Shown here piece by piece: positions 1-8,313 of a DNA stretch of 36,361 nucleotides. The stretch is from NCBI GenBank assembly GCA_017475845.1, contig JAFVEU010000075.1:1-36361 (forward strand). Reading direction: 5' to 3'. The stretch is from Lachnospiraceae bacterium. Lineage in GTDB: Bacteria > Bacillota > Clostridia > Lachnospirales > Lachnospiraceae. Under the pieces are notes generated by a model. It ran no database searches. It worked only from the letters and a program-made list of their open reading frames with translations, and had not been told where the DNA came from. The translations under genes were made by a program, and so were the position numbers. Position 1 is the stretch's first letter. Each line of letters begins with the position of its first letter.

Positions 1-334
1 AAAGGCGGGTGATGATTCTCTGGGGAGGTGCCCGCGGAATGAGGAAATAGCGAAAAGGCGGGTGCTGATTCCCTGGGGAGGTGCCCGCCAAATGAAGAAT
101 TTAGCGAAAGGCGGGTGCCAGTCCCGTTGGGAGGTGCCCGCGGACTGAGGAAATAGCGAAAAGGCGGGTGCTGATTCCCTGGGGAGGTACCTGCCAAACG
201 AAGGAAATAGCGAAAAGGCGGGTGCTGATTCCCTGGGGAGGTGCCTGCCAAACGAAGGATTTAATGAAAGGCGGGTGCCAGTCCCGTTGGGAGGTGCCTG
301 CCAAACTAGGGATTCAGCAAAAAAGCGGGTGCTA
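1..334. repeat. Tandem array of ~53-54 bp GC-rich hairpin-forming units (6 full units plus a partial 7th; truncated by window start)
   Basis: Units start AAAGGCGGGTG at 1, 54, 107, 160, 214 and 267, with a partial unit at ~321. Each has GGCGGGTGC...GTGCCYGCC-like arms around a TCCC..GGGA core and a purine-rich tail. Confidence 0.95.
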
Positions 335-519
335 ATATATGCCAAGGTAAAGTATAATAAGCCTGCAGAACCGGCAGCCGTGGTAGCGAGATGAAGATTT
401 AAGCAGGGCTGACCGTCCGGGGATCTATTTTCTCAAAAAAGGTACTATATGATTTCCTTTACGGACGTGATAGAGTTTATTCAGGCAACACATGAATATT
501 CCCTTGAAAGGAGATCATT

Positions 520-999
520 ATGAGGAAAAACATAAGAGTTGTACTTTTGGGAGAACTGATCCTTTTTGTGGCAGTCTTTTTATTTAATGTGGTTGTGGGC
601 AGTGATGGAATGTCATCAGCGCTCTGGTTCATTGATCTGCCTTCCCTGATCATGATCCTTATGGTTCTTATCCCCGGACTGCTGATCCTTGGGGAATGGA
701 AGGATTTTACGAAGGCTTTTTCTGTCGGTATCAGGGAATACAGCCTTTTGGAGCTGAAGAATATAATCGGTGCGGTGGATGCAGCGCAGAAGCTCACCAT
801 ATACGGGGCGGTTTTTGCCATCATAATGTCAGGAGTTCTTTTACTGGGTAAAATAGATGATCTGTCCAGGATAGGAGCTAATCTGGCGGTATGCCTCCTG
901 ACCGGTTTTTATGCGGTGATCGTGGAATTCTTCCTCTTACCCTTAAGGCTTAATGCCGAGCGGAAGATGAATGAAGAAATGGACTTCGGTGATGAATGA
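520..999 (+). CDS. Integral membrane protein with MotA/TolQ/ExbB-like topology, function unknown
   Basis: AAGGAG RBS; about 4 hydrophobic helices; 'FIDLPSLIMI' and 'IGANLAVCLLTGFYA...LLPL' resemble MotA-family TM2 and TM4 segments. No MotB partner nearby. Confidence 0.7.
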   Translation: MRKNIRVVLLGELILFVAVFLFNVVVGSDGMSSALWFIDLPSLIMILMVLIPGLLILGEWKDFTKAFSVGIREYSLLELKNIIGAVDAAQKLTIYGAVFAIIMSGVLLLGKIDDLSRIGANLAVCLLTGFYAVIVEFFLLPLRLNAERKMNEEMDFGDE

Positions 1000-1228
1000 G
1001 CCGTATATCACAAAGGACAGATATCTTGAAAAAGCACGGGAATTCGGACTTACAAAGCGGGAGCTGGAGCTTGGATACTTAAAGATATCCGGATTCTCGA
1101 ACCGGAGGATCGCATATATGCTCGGTATATCCGAGCAGACGGTGAAGAATCACTTTACCCGCATCTATGAAAAAGCATGGGTGCCCGGACGAAAGGAATT
1201 CCGGGGATTGTTCAGTAAACCGGATTGA
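992..1228 (+). CDS. Stand-alone LuxR/GerE-type HTH regulator (78 aa)
   Basis: 'GLTKRELE...GFSNRRIAYMLGISEQTVKNHFTRIYEK' is the LuxR HTH motif. Probable ATG at 992 overlaps the upstream stop (ATGAATGA). Confidence 0.85.
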   Translation: MNEPYITKDRYLEKAREFGLTKRELELGYLKISGFSNRRIAYMLGISEQTVKNHFTRIYEKAWVPGRKEFRGLFSKPD

Positions 1229-1250
1229 CCGGATAAGTGAAAATGATGAC

Positions 1251-1290
1251 AGGGGTGCCGGCATTGCAGCAAATGCCGGCACCCCTTTAT
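1251..1290 (+). terminator. Intrinsic terminator-like hairpin
   Basis: Perfect 15-bp stem AGGGGTGCCGGCATT/AATGCCGGCACCCCT, 6-nt loop, short T tail, just after the LuxR stop. Confidence 0.8.
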
Positions 1291-1305
1291 CTCCATATAA
1301 AAAAA

Positions 1306-1314
1306 TGTTATACT
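1306..1314 (+). promoter_or_regulatory. Putative extended -10 promoter for the PfkB-like gene
   Basis: TGtTATACT; only a weak -35 (TTTATC) 17 bp upstream. Confidence 0.4.
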
Positions 1315-1390
1315 GTATACTGATCATACGGAAAGGGTTACGGACGCTGACAAACAGCGGATCGGAGGAAAGGAAAGGCTGAGATACGGT

Positions 1391-2314
1391 ATGAGTAGAT
1401 TCGTTGTAGCAGGTATTACACAGCTGGAGACTATAGTAAAGGTTAAAGAACTGCCTGTCCGGTTTTCACCCTATTCCGGAGAGCCGGATACCATCTATTT
1501 TTCCACCGGAGGAGACGCCTTCAATACATCCCTGGCGCTGAAATGGCTGGGAGACGAGGCGGAGCTGGTTTCCGTTGTGGGAGAAAAGCAGGATCTCTCG
1601 ATCTTTAATCCTCCGGACAGGGAAGTAAACCTTGAAACGGACTACGTTCTTCCCATCATAAAGGAGACCCCCATAGAAGTCCTTCTCTATGATGTACGTC
1701 GGAAAAAGCAGCATTTTGAAGACCTGAAGGATATCCGGGACGCTAAATACGATGTGGGTATTGCCGAGTCACTGGTGGCGGACTGCGATATCGTTGTTCT
1801 GTCAAACACCAATTTCTGCCGCCCCTTTATCTCTTTAGCCAGGGAAAGGGGAAAGAAGCTGGCTGTAAAGATACACTGCTTTATGAGAGAGAAGGAGATC
1901 TTCAATGAAGACTACCTTCAAAATGCAGATATACTTTATTTTAACGATAATACCATTGATGAGGAGCCCTATGGTTTCATAAAGGAGATGCAGGAGAAGT
2001 ACGATCCTGAGATCATCATCTTCGGACAGGGGGCTCAGGGACTTATCATTTACGATAGACAGAAGGGGGTTACGGTACACTACGACGCTGTAAAGAGCGT
2101 TCATATAGTGAATACTGCCGGGGCCGGAAACGCTCTTTTCGCCTGCTTCCTTCACTACTATATGAAGGACGGTGACAGCAAGAACGCCATCCACAAGGCC
2201 CTGCTTTTTGCCGCAAACAAGATAGGATACATGGGTACATCCAACGGCTTTATGACGGAGCAGCAGCTGGATGCATGGGAGCAGCTTATCTGGAATCCGA
2301 GAGGAACTATGTAA
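1391..2314 (+). CDS. PfkB/ribokinase-family protein with degenerate catalytic motif
   Basis: N-terminal 'GGDAFNTSLALKWLG...SVVG' PfkB signature 1; signature 2 reads 'NTAGAGNALFACF' instead of DTxGAGD. Confidence 0.85.
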   Translation: MSRFVVAGITQLETIVKVKELPVRFSPYSGEPDTIYFSTGGDAFNTSLALKWLGDEAELVSVVGEKQDLSIFNPPDREVNLETDYVLPIIKETPIEVLLYDVRRKKQHFEDLKDIRDAKYDVGIAESLVADCDIVVLSNTNFCRPFISLARERGKKLAVKIHCFMREKEIFNEDYLQNADILYFNDNTIDEEPYGFIKEMQEKYDPEIIIFGQGAQGLIIYDRQKGVTVHYDAVKSVHIVNTAGAGNALFACFLHYYMKDGDSKNAIHKALLFAANKIGYMGTSNGFMTEQQLDAWEQLIWNPRGTM

Positions 2315-2368
2315 AGGGCTGGTTTTTCCATCCCGCGGAATGAAGGAAAGGAGCGAAAAGCATACAGC

Positions 2369-3682
2369 ATGAGCGATATAGGAAACCTTCAGCTGGGAGA
2401 CATAGAGAAGAAAAAAGAGGCCATAAATAAGACCGGCGGCATAAACACGAGCAAGTCTGTTTTCAACACAAAGAACAGCGACGGAGAGGGTGAACCCGCA
2501 TCTCCGTTTATGACCAGGGTTGAGGAACTGGGGAATTACGGTCCGCTGATGCAGAGCCGTATACATACCCAGAACGTAAACGACATTGCCATGAAGAAAC
2601 GGCAGACGGAGACCGTGAAGTCCGGCGGGGTGTCCGGCAGTTCCGGGCCGGTGGAGGCCACGGAAAAAAGGGATGTAATAAAGGCGCCTTCGGACTTAAA
2701 GGAATTTACCGGAACCGTGATGAAGAAGGGCACCTTTACCCCCAAAGCGAAGGAAGCCGCAAAGCATTTCTTTAAAAGCGTAACAGACTGGGCCGGCAGC
2801 TTTAACGATGGCGGCAGCGGCTTTTACAGCAGCATGGGAATAGAAGGAGTTCTGGACTGTCTGTATGTGGACGGGATGAGCTTAAGGAATTACGTTAAGG
2901 AGCAGTTTCTCTACAAGGGCTCCGGAGACCCGGTGCAGGATAAGGAGATGCTTAAGAATTACGTGGCGCTCCTTGCCGCCAGGGGAGAGCATGTGATAAC
3001 CCTGGTGCGGCCAAACATGAAGTCCGGTGAGGCCGGCGTCGAGTTCAGGAACATGGACGTGGATCTCACCAATGTGGGCAGCGAAGAGGTGGCGAAGTCC
3101 AGGAAATTAAAGGAAAAGGGAAACCAGGTCAGGAGTAATCTGAAGAAGAGACTGGAAAAGGACTATACGGAGCAGACCGGCATGGCCTTCAGAAAGGCAG
3201 AGGGCTATGATATGGACGGCTTCAACCGGATAGAAGGAGCAAAGAAGGGCTTAAAGGATGCCGGGGCGGATAATTCCGAAGAATATAAGAGCTTCAATAA
3301 GCTGTTTGAGAAATATAACGGCGGACTGCAGAAACTGGGGCTGAAGCCGGGCCGGGATGATATAAATGCCCCGGTGGCCGAGGAGCTTAAAAAAAGGTGT
3401 GAGGAAGCCATAAAGGCAGCGGACCTTTTCATTACCTCCGGCAGCAGCAATAAGAGTGCGGTGGAAGCCGTTAAAAAAGCGAAAAAGGAGCTGGAGACCG
3501 ACAGGGATCTTCTGGATAGGGCAATAAAGGGCAAGCTCATTGAGAGGGATGCCACCATGAAGCTGGAGGAGCTCCTTGACAGCAGGAATCCTGATGATCC
3601 GAAGGATAATAACGGAGCGGGCGGAGATGAAAACCCGGATGGCGGAGATCCTGAAGCGGATGATGCCGGAGCTTCCGAATAG
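2369..3682 (+). CDS. Hypothetical protein (437 aa), charged/helical, acidic Gly/Asp tail
   Basis: Long ORF with codon usage like its neighbours and an upstream AAGGAG. No recognisable motif, signal peptide or TM helix. Confidence 0.8.
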   Translation: MSDIGNLQLGDIEKKKEAINKTGGINTSKSVFNTKNSDGEGEPASPFMTRVEELGNYGPLMQSRIHTQNVNDIAMKKRQTETVKSGGVSGSSGPVEATEKRDVIKAPSDLKEFTGTVMKKGTFTPKAKEAAKHFFKSVTDWAGSFNDGGSGFYSSMGIEGVLDCLYVDGMSLRNYVKEQFLYKGSGDPVQDKEMLKNYVALLAARGEHVITLVRPNMKSGEAGVEFRNMDVDLTNVGSEEVAKSRKLKEKGNQVRSNLKKRLEKDYTEQTGMAFRKAEGYDMDGFNRIEGAKKGLKDAGADNSEEYKSFNKLFEKYNGGLQKLGLKPGRDDINAPVAEELKKRCEEAIKAADLFITSGSSNKSAVEAVKKAKKELETDRDLLDRAIKGKLIERDATMKLEELLDSRNPDDPKDNNGAGGDENPDGGDPEADDAGASE

Positions 3683-3756
3683 CGCTTGTTGATAAGAGTA
3701 TATAACGAGCAAAAAGCGAAGCGTTTGCGAGTTTAATGTAAAGGCAGGGCAGGAAA

Positions 3757-4338
3757 ATGAATTTTCTATCTGACACATCGCCGTTAGTATTAGTGCTTGC
3801 ACTGATAGTGGCATTTTTTCTCTGGGGAGCGGGATACAGGCTTTATAAGCTTGCGGTCTTCTTCCTGGGATTTTTAGCGGGATTTACGCTTTGCGGAGGC
3901 ATAATAAATACCTTTTTGCCGGCGCCTCCCATCCCCGGTATCATCATACAGGTGGTCTTCGGCCTGGCGGTGGGAGCGGTCTCCTTCCTGGTGGTGAAGG
4001 TGGGCTTATTTGTGGCGGCGGCCTGCGCCGTTTTCATGATCTTAAGCGGACTGCTGGAGAGGCTGGGAATGGCCGGCCTTATAATCGCCTTCGCTTCGGC
4101 TGTGGTGGCGGGTTTCATAGCTACAAAGGCCGACAAACCGGTGATAATAGTGATCACAGGAATCCTGGGAGGCTTTGCCATCCCAATGATCCTTTACAGG
4201 CTGGCCGGGACGGCGGCCTTTGATACGTCCTTCCTTCCGCCGGAGAGATCTCTGGTTGTGATAGCAGTGGAAGTGGTGCTTTCGGTGGCCGGGATACTGA
4301 TACAGTTTGCAAGCAACAGGGAAAAGAACAAAGAATAG
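3757..4338 (+). CDS. TMEM198/DUF4203-like multi-pass membrane protein
   Basis: 'GYRLYKLAVFFLGFLAG' and 'PVIIVITGILGG' patterns; 6-7 hydrophobic helices. Confidence 0.7.
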   Translation: MNFLSDTSPLVLVLALIVAFFLWGAGYRLYKLAVFFLGFLAGFTLCGGIINTFLPAPPIPGIIIQVVFGLAVGAVSFLVVKVGLFVAAACAVFMILSGLLERLGMAGLIIAFASAVVAGFIATKADKPVIIVITGILGGFAIPMILYRLAGTAAFDTSFLPPERSLVVIAVEVVLSVAGILIQFASNREKNKE

Positions 4339-4345
4339 GGGGGGA

Positions 4346-5299
4346 ATGATGAGAAGATTTGAAGGATTCATGAAAGGCGTCAATCTGGGAGGATGGATAT
4401 CCCAGTTTGACAAGTTCGACAAGGCTCATTTTGAGAGCTTTATCACGGAAAAGGATATGGATTATATAAAGGAGCTTCACTTCGATCATGTGAGGGTTCC
4501 GGTGGATTATAACGTGCTGGAGGACGAAGAGGGCAATATCCGGGAAGAGGGCTTCGGCTATCTTTCAAACTGCCTTAAGTGGTGTGAGGAGCGGGACTTA
4601 AATATGCTGATCGACCTCCACGAATGCTTCGGATATTCCTTTGATCCGCTGAAGGATATGGACAGGTCAAAATTCTTCCATGACGAGGCGCTGCAGAACA
4701 GGTTCTTAAAGCTCTGGAAGGAGATCGCAGAGCGTTTCGGGTCCTATCCTGACAGGGTGGCCTTTGAACCCTTGAACGAAGTGGTGCTTGAGAGCGTGGC
4801 CGACGCGTGGAATAAGTTGCTGAAACGCTTTATAGAGGAGATGAGGGCAATTACAAAGGACACATATCTCATCGCCGGGGGTGTGATGTATAATAATGTC
4901 CGCACCGTACCCCTTCTCGATATCCCACTGGATGAGAAGATCGTCTATAATTTCCACTGCTATGATCCCTTTAGGTTCACTCATCAGGGAGCCTACTGGG
5001 TGGAGGATATGGATCCCGGCTTCAGGACCGGTTATTCCGAGACCGAGGAGTATTTTGAAGAGATCTTTGCTCCCGCCCTGAAAAAAGCGGAGCAGGACAA
5101 TGTGCCCTTATACTGCGGCGAATACGGCGTCATAGATCTGGCGGATAATCATGAGAAGATCAAATGGCTTAAGGATATCCACTGTGCTTTTGAGAAGCAT
5201 GGCATAGGACATGCCCTCTGGAATTACAAGGAAAAGGATTTCGGCCTGGTGGATGAAAGCTTCGAAGAGATCAGGGAGGACTTTATAAAGATCCTCTGA
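4346..5299 (+). CDS. Glycoside hydrolase family 5, CelC-like endoglucanase, no signal peptide
   Basis: 'GVNLGGWISQ', 'FDHVRVPVDY', acid/base 'FEPLNE', 'YNFHCY', nucleophile 'LYCGEYG', 'WNYK'. Start at ATG 4346 or 4349 after a G-run RBS. Confidence 0.92.
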   Translation: MMRRFEGFMKGVNLGGWISQFDKFDKAHFESFITEKDMDYIKELHFDHVRVPVDYNVLEDEEGNIREEGFGYLSNCLKWCEERDLNMLIDLHECFGYSFDPLKDMDRSKFFHDEALQNRFLKLWKEIAERFGSYPDRVAFEPLNEVVLESVADAWNKLLKRFIEEMRAITKDTYLIAGGVMYNNVRTVPLLDIPLDEKIVYNFHCYDPFRFTHQGAYWVEDMDPGFRTGYSETEEYFEEIFAPALKKAEQDNVPLYCGEYGVIDLADNHEKIKWLKDIHCAFEKHGIGHALWNYKEKDFGLVDESFEEIREDFIKIL

Positions 5300-5383
5300 T
5301 CCCCGGAAGGAATAAACGACTGTTGATCATTTTTTACAGAATGGAGGAGGGCCACGGTGTTGAAAGCCGTGGCTTTATGACGG

Positions 5384-6565
5384 ATGGATACTCTTGATAT
5401 ATTATGGGATCTGGCACTGATAATCCTTTTTGCCAAATTCTTTGCGCTGGTAGCGAGAAAACTCAATGCTCCCCAGGTTGCGGGGGAGATAGTGGCGGGG
5501 ATACTTATAGGACCTACCCTTTTAAATCTGGTACAGGAGACGGATTTCTTAAACCAGATGGCCGAGGTGGGGGTCATTCTTTTAATGTTCAGCGCCGGAC
5601 TGGAAACGGATCTGAACCAGCTTAAAAAATCCGGCATCAAGGCTACTCTCATTGCCTGTTCCGGAGTCCTGACTCCCCTTGTTTTGGGAACGCTGATGTA
5701 TATGTGTTTCTTCGGCTTCAGCGCCGTTGGCACGGAGGGCTTTATAAAAGCAGTGTTTATAGGCACCATACTCACTGCCACCTCTGTCAGTATCACCGTT
5801 CAGGTGCTGAAGGAGCTTGGGAAGATATCCACGGAACTGGGAATGACCATAATGAGTGCCGCCATCATCGATGATGTCATCGGTATCCTTGTGCTGACGG
5901 CAGTGATCGGGATGAGGGATCCTAAAAGCAATTTTGCCCTTACTGCCGGTAAAACAGGGGCATTTTTCCTTATAACCGTTATCGCGGGGGTGATAGTCTA
6001 CAATGTTATGGAGCGGATAGACGAGCGCTATCCCCATACCAGAAGGATACCCATCATCTCCATAGGCATAGCCTTTATCCTCTCCTATGTGGCGGATTAC
6101 TATTTCGGAGTGGCGGATATAACCGGGGCCTTCTTTGCCGGGGTGATCTTAAGCTCCTTAAAGGATTCCGACTACATAGAGTGGAGAGTGGATATCAATT
6201 CCTACACCTTCTTCGGACCCGTATTTTTTACCAGCATCGGACTGCAGACCAACTTAAGGACACTGGATACCGCCATTCTTTTGTTCTCAGTGGTATTCGT
6301 CATAGTCGGACTTCTGTCAAAGGTCATCGGCTGCGGCTTTATGGGACGGATCTTAGGGTATAAGGGGAAGGACGCATTGAAGATCGGAGTCGGCATGATG
6401 ACCAGGGGAGAGGTGGCTCTGATCGTGACTCAGAGGGGATTGAAGGCCGGTATTATCGGAAGCGAGTATTTTACGGCAGTGATCCTCCTTATAGTAGTCA
6501 GTTCACTGCTCACGCCCCTTCTCCTTAAGGCCCTTTTTAGCGGCGAAGAAACGGGTATTGCATGA
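5384..6565 (+). CDS. Cation:proton antiporter, CPA2 (NapA/GerN-like)
   Basis: About 12 TM helices; 'PQVAGEIVAGILIGP', 'TATSVSIT', 'SAAIIDD', 'GMMTRGEVAL'. Confidence 0.92.
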   Translation: MDTLDILWDLALIILFAKFFALVARKLNAPQVAGEIVAGILIGPTLLNLVQETDFLNQMAEVGVILLMFSAGLETDLNQLKKSGIKATLIACSGVLTPLVLGTLMYMCFFGFSAVGTEGFIKAVFIGTILTATSVSITVQVLKELGKISTELGMTIMSAAIIDDVIGILVLTAVIGMRDPKSNFALTAGKTGAFFLITVIAGVIVYNVMERIDERYPHTRRIPIISIGIAFILSYVADYYFGVADITGAFFAGVILSSLKDSDYIEWRVDINSYTFFGPVFFTSIGLQTNLRTLDTAILLFSVVFVIVGLLSKVIGCGFMGRILGYKGKDALKIGVGMMTRGEVALIVTQRGLKAGIIGSEYFTAVILLIVVSSLLTPLLLKALFSGEETGIA

Positions 6566-8313
6566 GATCACTATATAAGTATCTGCTCCCTTATAAAAAA
6601 GAATGCCTTTTGTCCCCGCTTTTCAAGCTTATCGAGGCGGCATTTGAGCTTGCGGTTCCCCTTGTGGTGGCTTCCCTTATAGACGGAGGGATAAGCAGGG
6701 GGAACAGTACACATATCATAAAGATGGGCCTGCTCCTTATCCTTTTCGGAGGGGCAGGGCTTGTTTTTGCTCTTACAGCCCAGTACTATGCCGCAAAGGC
6801 GGCTACCGGTTTCTCGGCTGTTCTGAGAAGTGCCCTGTTTAAGACCATACAGGAAATGGAGCCTGCCGATCTGGACAGGGTTGGGGCCGATACCCTGATA
6901 ACCCGCATAACGTCGGATATTTCCCAGATACAGAACGGGGTGAACATGTTCCTCCGTCTTCTCCTCCGCTCCCCCTTTATAGTGGCCGGTGCGGTCATAA
7001 TGGCCTTCACCGTGGATACAGGCTCGGCCCTTGTATTTGCGCTGCTGATACCCTGTCTTGCAGCTGCGGTATACCTTATCATGAAGTTCAGCAGAAGGGG
7101 ATACAGAAGGATACAGGAAAAGCTTGACCGCATCACCGGAAAGACCCGGGAAAACCTGACAGGAGTCCGGGTGATCCGCGCCTTCTGCATGGAGGAGAGG
7201 GAAAAGGACGAGTTCCTTGAGATGGACAGGGATTATGCCCTGGAGCAGGAAAGGGTCGGAAGGATCTCGGCTCTTATGAACCCTCTGACGCTGGTATTTG
7301 TGGATCTTTTTACCGCCGCTCTCATATATACCGGAGCTGTGCGGGTGGATGCGGGTCTGCTTACACAGGGTGAATTCGTTGCCCTTCTTAATTACATGGC
7401 GCAGATCCTTATAGAGCTCCTGAAGCTTGCAAATCTCATAATCCTTATAAGCAGGGCTGCGGCCTGCGGCGAAAGAGTGGGAGAACTGCTTAATGAGGGA
7501 GAGGAGAAGAAAAAAGGAGTACTTATCCCCTTCCCGGAAGAAAAGGCCGGAGAACCCTTCATAGCCTTTGATAACGTCAGCTTAAGCTATGAGGGCAGCG
7601 GGGGAAAAGCTATAGAAAACGTTTCCTTCCGGGTGGATAAGGGAGCTGTTATCGGGATCACGGGAGGCACGGGTTCGGGAAAGAGCAGCCTTGTAAATCT
7701 TATCTCCGGCTTTTATCCGGTGACGGAGGGGGAGATAAGGATTAACGGCAGGGATATTAAGGAGATAGACCCGGGAGACCTGAGGGATAAGGTAAGCACG
7801 GTCTTCCAGAAGAATATCCTTTTTTCAGGTTCTCTGGCGGATAATCTCCGTTGGGGAAACCCGGATGCTTCCGATACGGAACTGTGGGAGGCACTGAGGG
7901 TCTCCCAGGCCGAAGAGTTTGTAAGGAAAAAGGAAGGAGGCCTGTCCTTCCGTGTGGAACAGGGTGGAAAAAACCTGTCAGGAGGACAGAAGCAGAGACT
8001 CTGTATCGCCCGGGCGCTTGTCAGCAAGCCGGAGGTACTGATCCTTGACGATTCAGCATCTGCACTGGATTTTGCCACGGATCTGAAGCTCAGGACCGCT
8101 TTAAGGGAGATGGAGAACCCTCCAACTCTCTTCATTGTTTCGCAGAGAGCGGCTTCCATCATGCATTCCGATCTGATAATCGTTCTGGATGACGGAAGGG
8201 TAAGCGGTATGGGCAGCCACAGTGAGCTGTTAAAGAGCAATGATGTTTACAAAGAGATATACTATTCTCAATTCCCTGAGGAGGAGCATAAGGGTGAACA
8301 GGCAGCTTATTAA
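6562..8313 (+). CDS. ABC exporter TMD-NBD subunit carrying the degenerate Walker B/switch
   Basis: Walker A GGTGSGKS, signature LSGGQ, Walker B LILDD (E->D), switch SQR (H->Q). ATGA overlap with the antiporter. Confidence 0.95.
   Translation: MRSLYKYLLPYKKECLLSPLFKLIEAAFELAVPLVVASLIDGGISRGNSTHIIKMGLLLILFGGAGLVFALTAQYYAAKAATGFSAVLRSALFKTIQEMEPADLDRVGADTLITRITSDISQIQNGVNMFLRLLLRSPFIVAGAVIMAFTVDTGSALVFALLIPCLAAAVYLIMKFSRRGYRRIQEKLDRITGKTRENLTGVRVIRAFCMEEREKDEFLEMDRDYALEQERVGRISALMNPLTLVFVDLFTAALIYTGAVRVDAGLLTQGEFVALLNYMAQILIELLKLANLIILISRAAACGERVGELLNEGEEKKKGVLIPFPEEKAGEPFIAFDNVSLSYEGSGGKAIENVSFRVDKGAVIGITGGTGSGKSSLVNLISGFYPVTEGEIRINGRDIKEIDPGDLRDKVSTVFQKNILFSGSLADNLRWGNPDASDTELWEALRVSQAEEFVRKKEGGLSFRVEQGGKNLSGGQKQRLCIARALVSKPEVLILDDSASALDFATDLKLRTALREMENPPTLFIVSQRAASIMHSDLIIVLDDGRVSGMGSHSELLKSNDVYKEIYYSQFPEEEHKGEQAAY

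Noticed and set aside
1-334. CRISPR array, or the 67-aa ORF at 101..304 (-)
   Set aside because: There are no unique spacers, the whole unit is repeated, and no cas genes are in the window. The unit length is mostly not a multiple of 3, so the ORF is a by-product of the repeat.
4346-5299. GH5 as part of a polysaccharide-utilisation locus
   Set aside because: No sugar-binding protein, importer or LacI/AraC regulator is adjacent; the neighbouring ABC pair is exporter-type.
5338-5385. Fluoride (crcB) riboswitch upstream of the antiporter (GAATGGAG...hairpin...TTTATGAC)
   Set aside because: The pseudoknot partner (CTCC-TAC) and the P1 stem are missing. I could not match Na+/Li+ riboswitch consensus by eye either; an Rfam scan is needed.
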